Shown here piece by piece: positions 63,408-64,000 of a stretch of 64,000 nucleotides of DNA. Within the stretch, counting starts at the first letter, position 1, and every line of letters starts with the position of its first letter. Under the pieces are notes generated by a model that worked only from the letters and a program-made list of their open reading frames with translations, had not been told where the DNA came from and searched no databases. Origin of the DNA: Methanobacteriota archaeon (GTDB lineage: Archaea; Thermoplasmatota; Poseidoniia; Poseidoniales; Thalassarchaeaceae); NCBI GenBank assembly GCA_014239955.1, contig JAAZXW010000012.1, forward strand, positions 9,617 to 73,616. The letters are read 5' to 3'. The translations under genes and the position numbers were made by a program.

Positions 63408-64000
63408 TCACCATCGTATCAGATTGGGAAGCCCATCTCCCGCAGTAAGACATTCCATGCCCTCGGGGGTCCTAGTCCATGTGTCTTCTACCCCTATTGC
63501 CCCATCTCTGTGAATCACCTTTGGCTCGATTGCCATAGTTCCCCCCAAATGTAGGGGACGATCGAACCCATTGGCCACCACTGGGGTCTCATCAAGCTCC
63601 AATCCCACCGAATGACCCAGAAAACTCGCCTGTTCGGGGCTAATTCCCATTAGATTTTCACCATGGCCCATTTCTTCAGCAACCTCTCTACCAGCTCTCC
63701 AAGCAGTCGAGCAGTCTTCTCCTCTACCCAAGAATCTCCTTACCAATGCACCAATTTCAGTCATGTCACTCAATCTCTTTCCCCATTCTCTGCCTAGTTT
63801 TCCAGAACAGAACATCCTGGTGCAATCAGAAACGTAACCTCTGTGAACGTGAACAATGTCAATGAGAACAGGATCGCCCTCTCTGACTCTGGAGAATCCC
63901 GCCCCAAGTGGCGAAATTGGACTCCCACCAACACCACCTACAGCGGAGTCGAAGTATGAGGGGACACCTCCTGATCTACCTGCAGCAATTACAACTCTGT
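63408..64000 (-). CDS. M24-family Xaa-Pro peptidase; N-terminus lies beyond the window end
   Basis: The frame is open upstream of the listed Met to the window edge (...GDPVLIDIVHVHRGYVSDCTRMF). Motifs GHSVGLELDETP, GTMAIEPKV and GVEDTW are present. Confidence 0.8.
   Translation of the reverse strand, partial: RVVIAAGRSGGVPSYFDSAVGGVGGSPISPLGAGFSRVREGDPVLIDIVHVHRGYVSDCTRMFCSGKLGREWGKRLSDMTEIGALVRRFLGRGEDCSTAWRAGREVAEEMGHGENLMGISPEQASFLGHSVGLELDETPVVANGFDRPLHLGGTMAIEPKVIHRDGAIGVEDTWTRTPEGMECLTAGDGLPNLIRW

Noticed and set aside
1-64000. Mobile elements, prophage, integrase/transposase genes, CRISPR-Cas, toxin-antitoxin or classical restriction-modification/defence islands
   Set aside because: No ORF shows integrase, transposase, Cas, methyltransferase-restriction or toxin motifs, and no flanking direct or inverted terminal repeats were seen. 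The window reads as core chromosome. The AddAB-like operon is the only nuclease-helicase module.

Overview
This is a densely packed archaeal chromosomal segment with about 57 protein genes. Gene overlaps of the ATGA/GTGA/TTGA type are common, GTG/TTG starts are frequent, and GGAGG/GGTGA-like Shine-Dalgarno motifs precede many starts. The archaeal assignment rests on hallmark genes and gene orders: MCM helicase, GatE, Pth2, Pus10, Fap7, and the euryarchaeal string ftsZ-secE-spt5-L11-L1-L10(P0)-L12(P1). The cluster L21e-rpoF(Rpo4)-DUF655-rsmA is also present. Transporter and surface-protein content suggests a marine planktonic Thermoplasmatota/MGII-like organism, but this is inference only. Other content includes a Liv-type branched-chain amino-acid ABC transporter with a fused LivH-LivM permease, amino-acid and nucleoside metabolism genes (threonine aldolase, aminotransferase, M20 and M24 peptidases, MtaD, FAH) and membrane transporters (MFS/UMF1, CAX, MMPL/RND). 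I found no rRNA, tRNA, CRISPR array, transposase, integrase or prophage signature. The items most worth a second look are: (1) a bacterial-type AddAB-like helicase-nuclease operon (23317-31811) whose AddB-like gene is interrupted by a single in-frame TAG immediately followed by ATG; (2) a degenerate Nudix-like domain fused in frame to Spt5/NusG; (3) the adjacent uL11 gene, which encodes only the C-terminal rRNA-binding domain; (4) two paralogous Glu/Lys/Ala-rich coiled-coil proteins sharing a roughly 75-aa helix-hairpin-helix-like module (three copies in total), one of them fused to an alpha/beta-hydrolase; (5) a 1033-aa surface protein with a 7-blade RCC1 propeller and about 16 Cys-rich ephrin-receptor-like repeats; (6) an ORB-like (origin recognition box) motif upstream of mcm. 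All family assignments come from motif recognition by eye. No database search was run.
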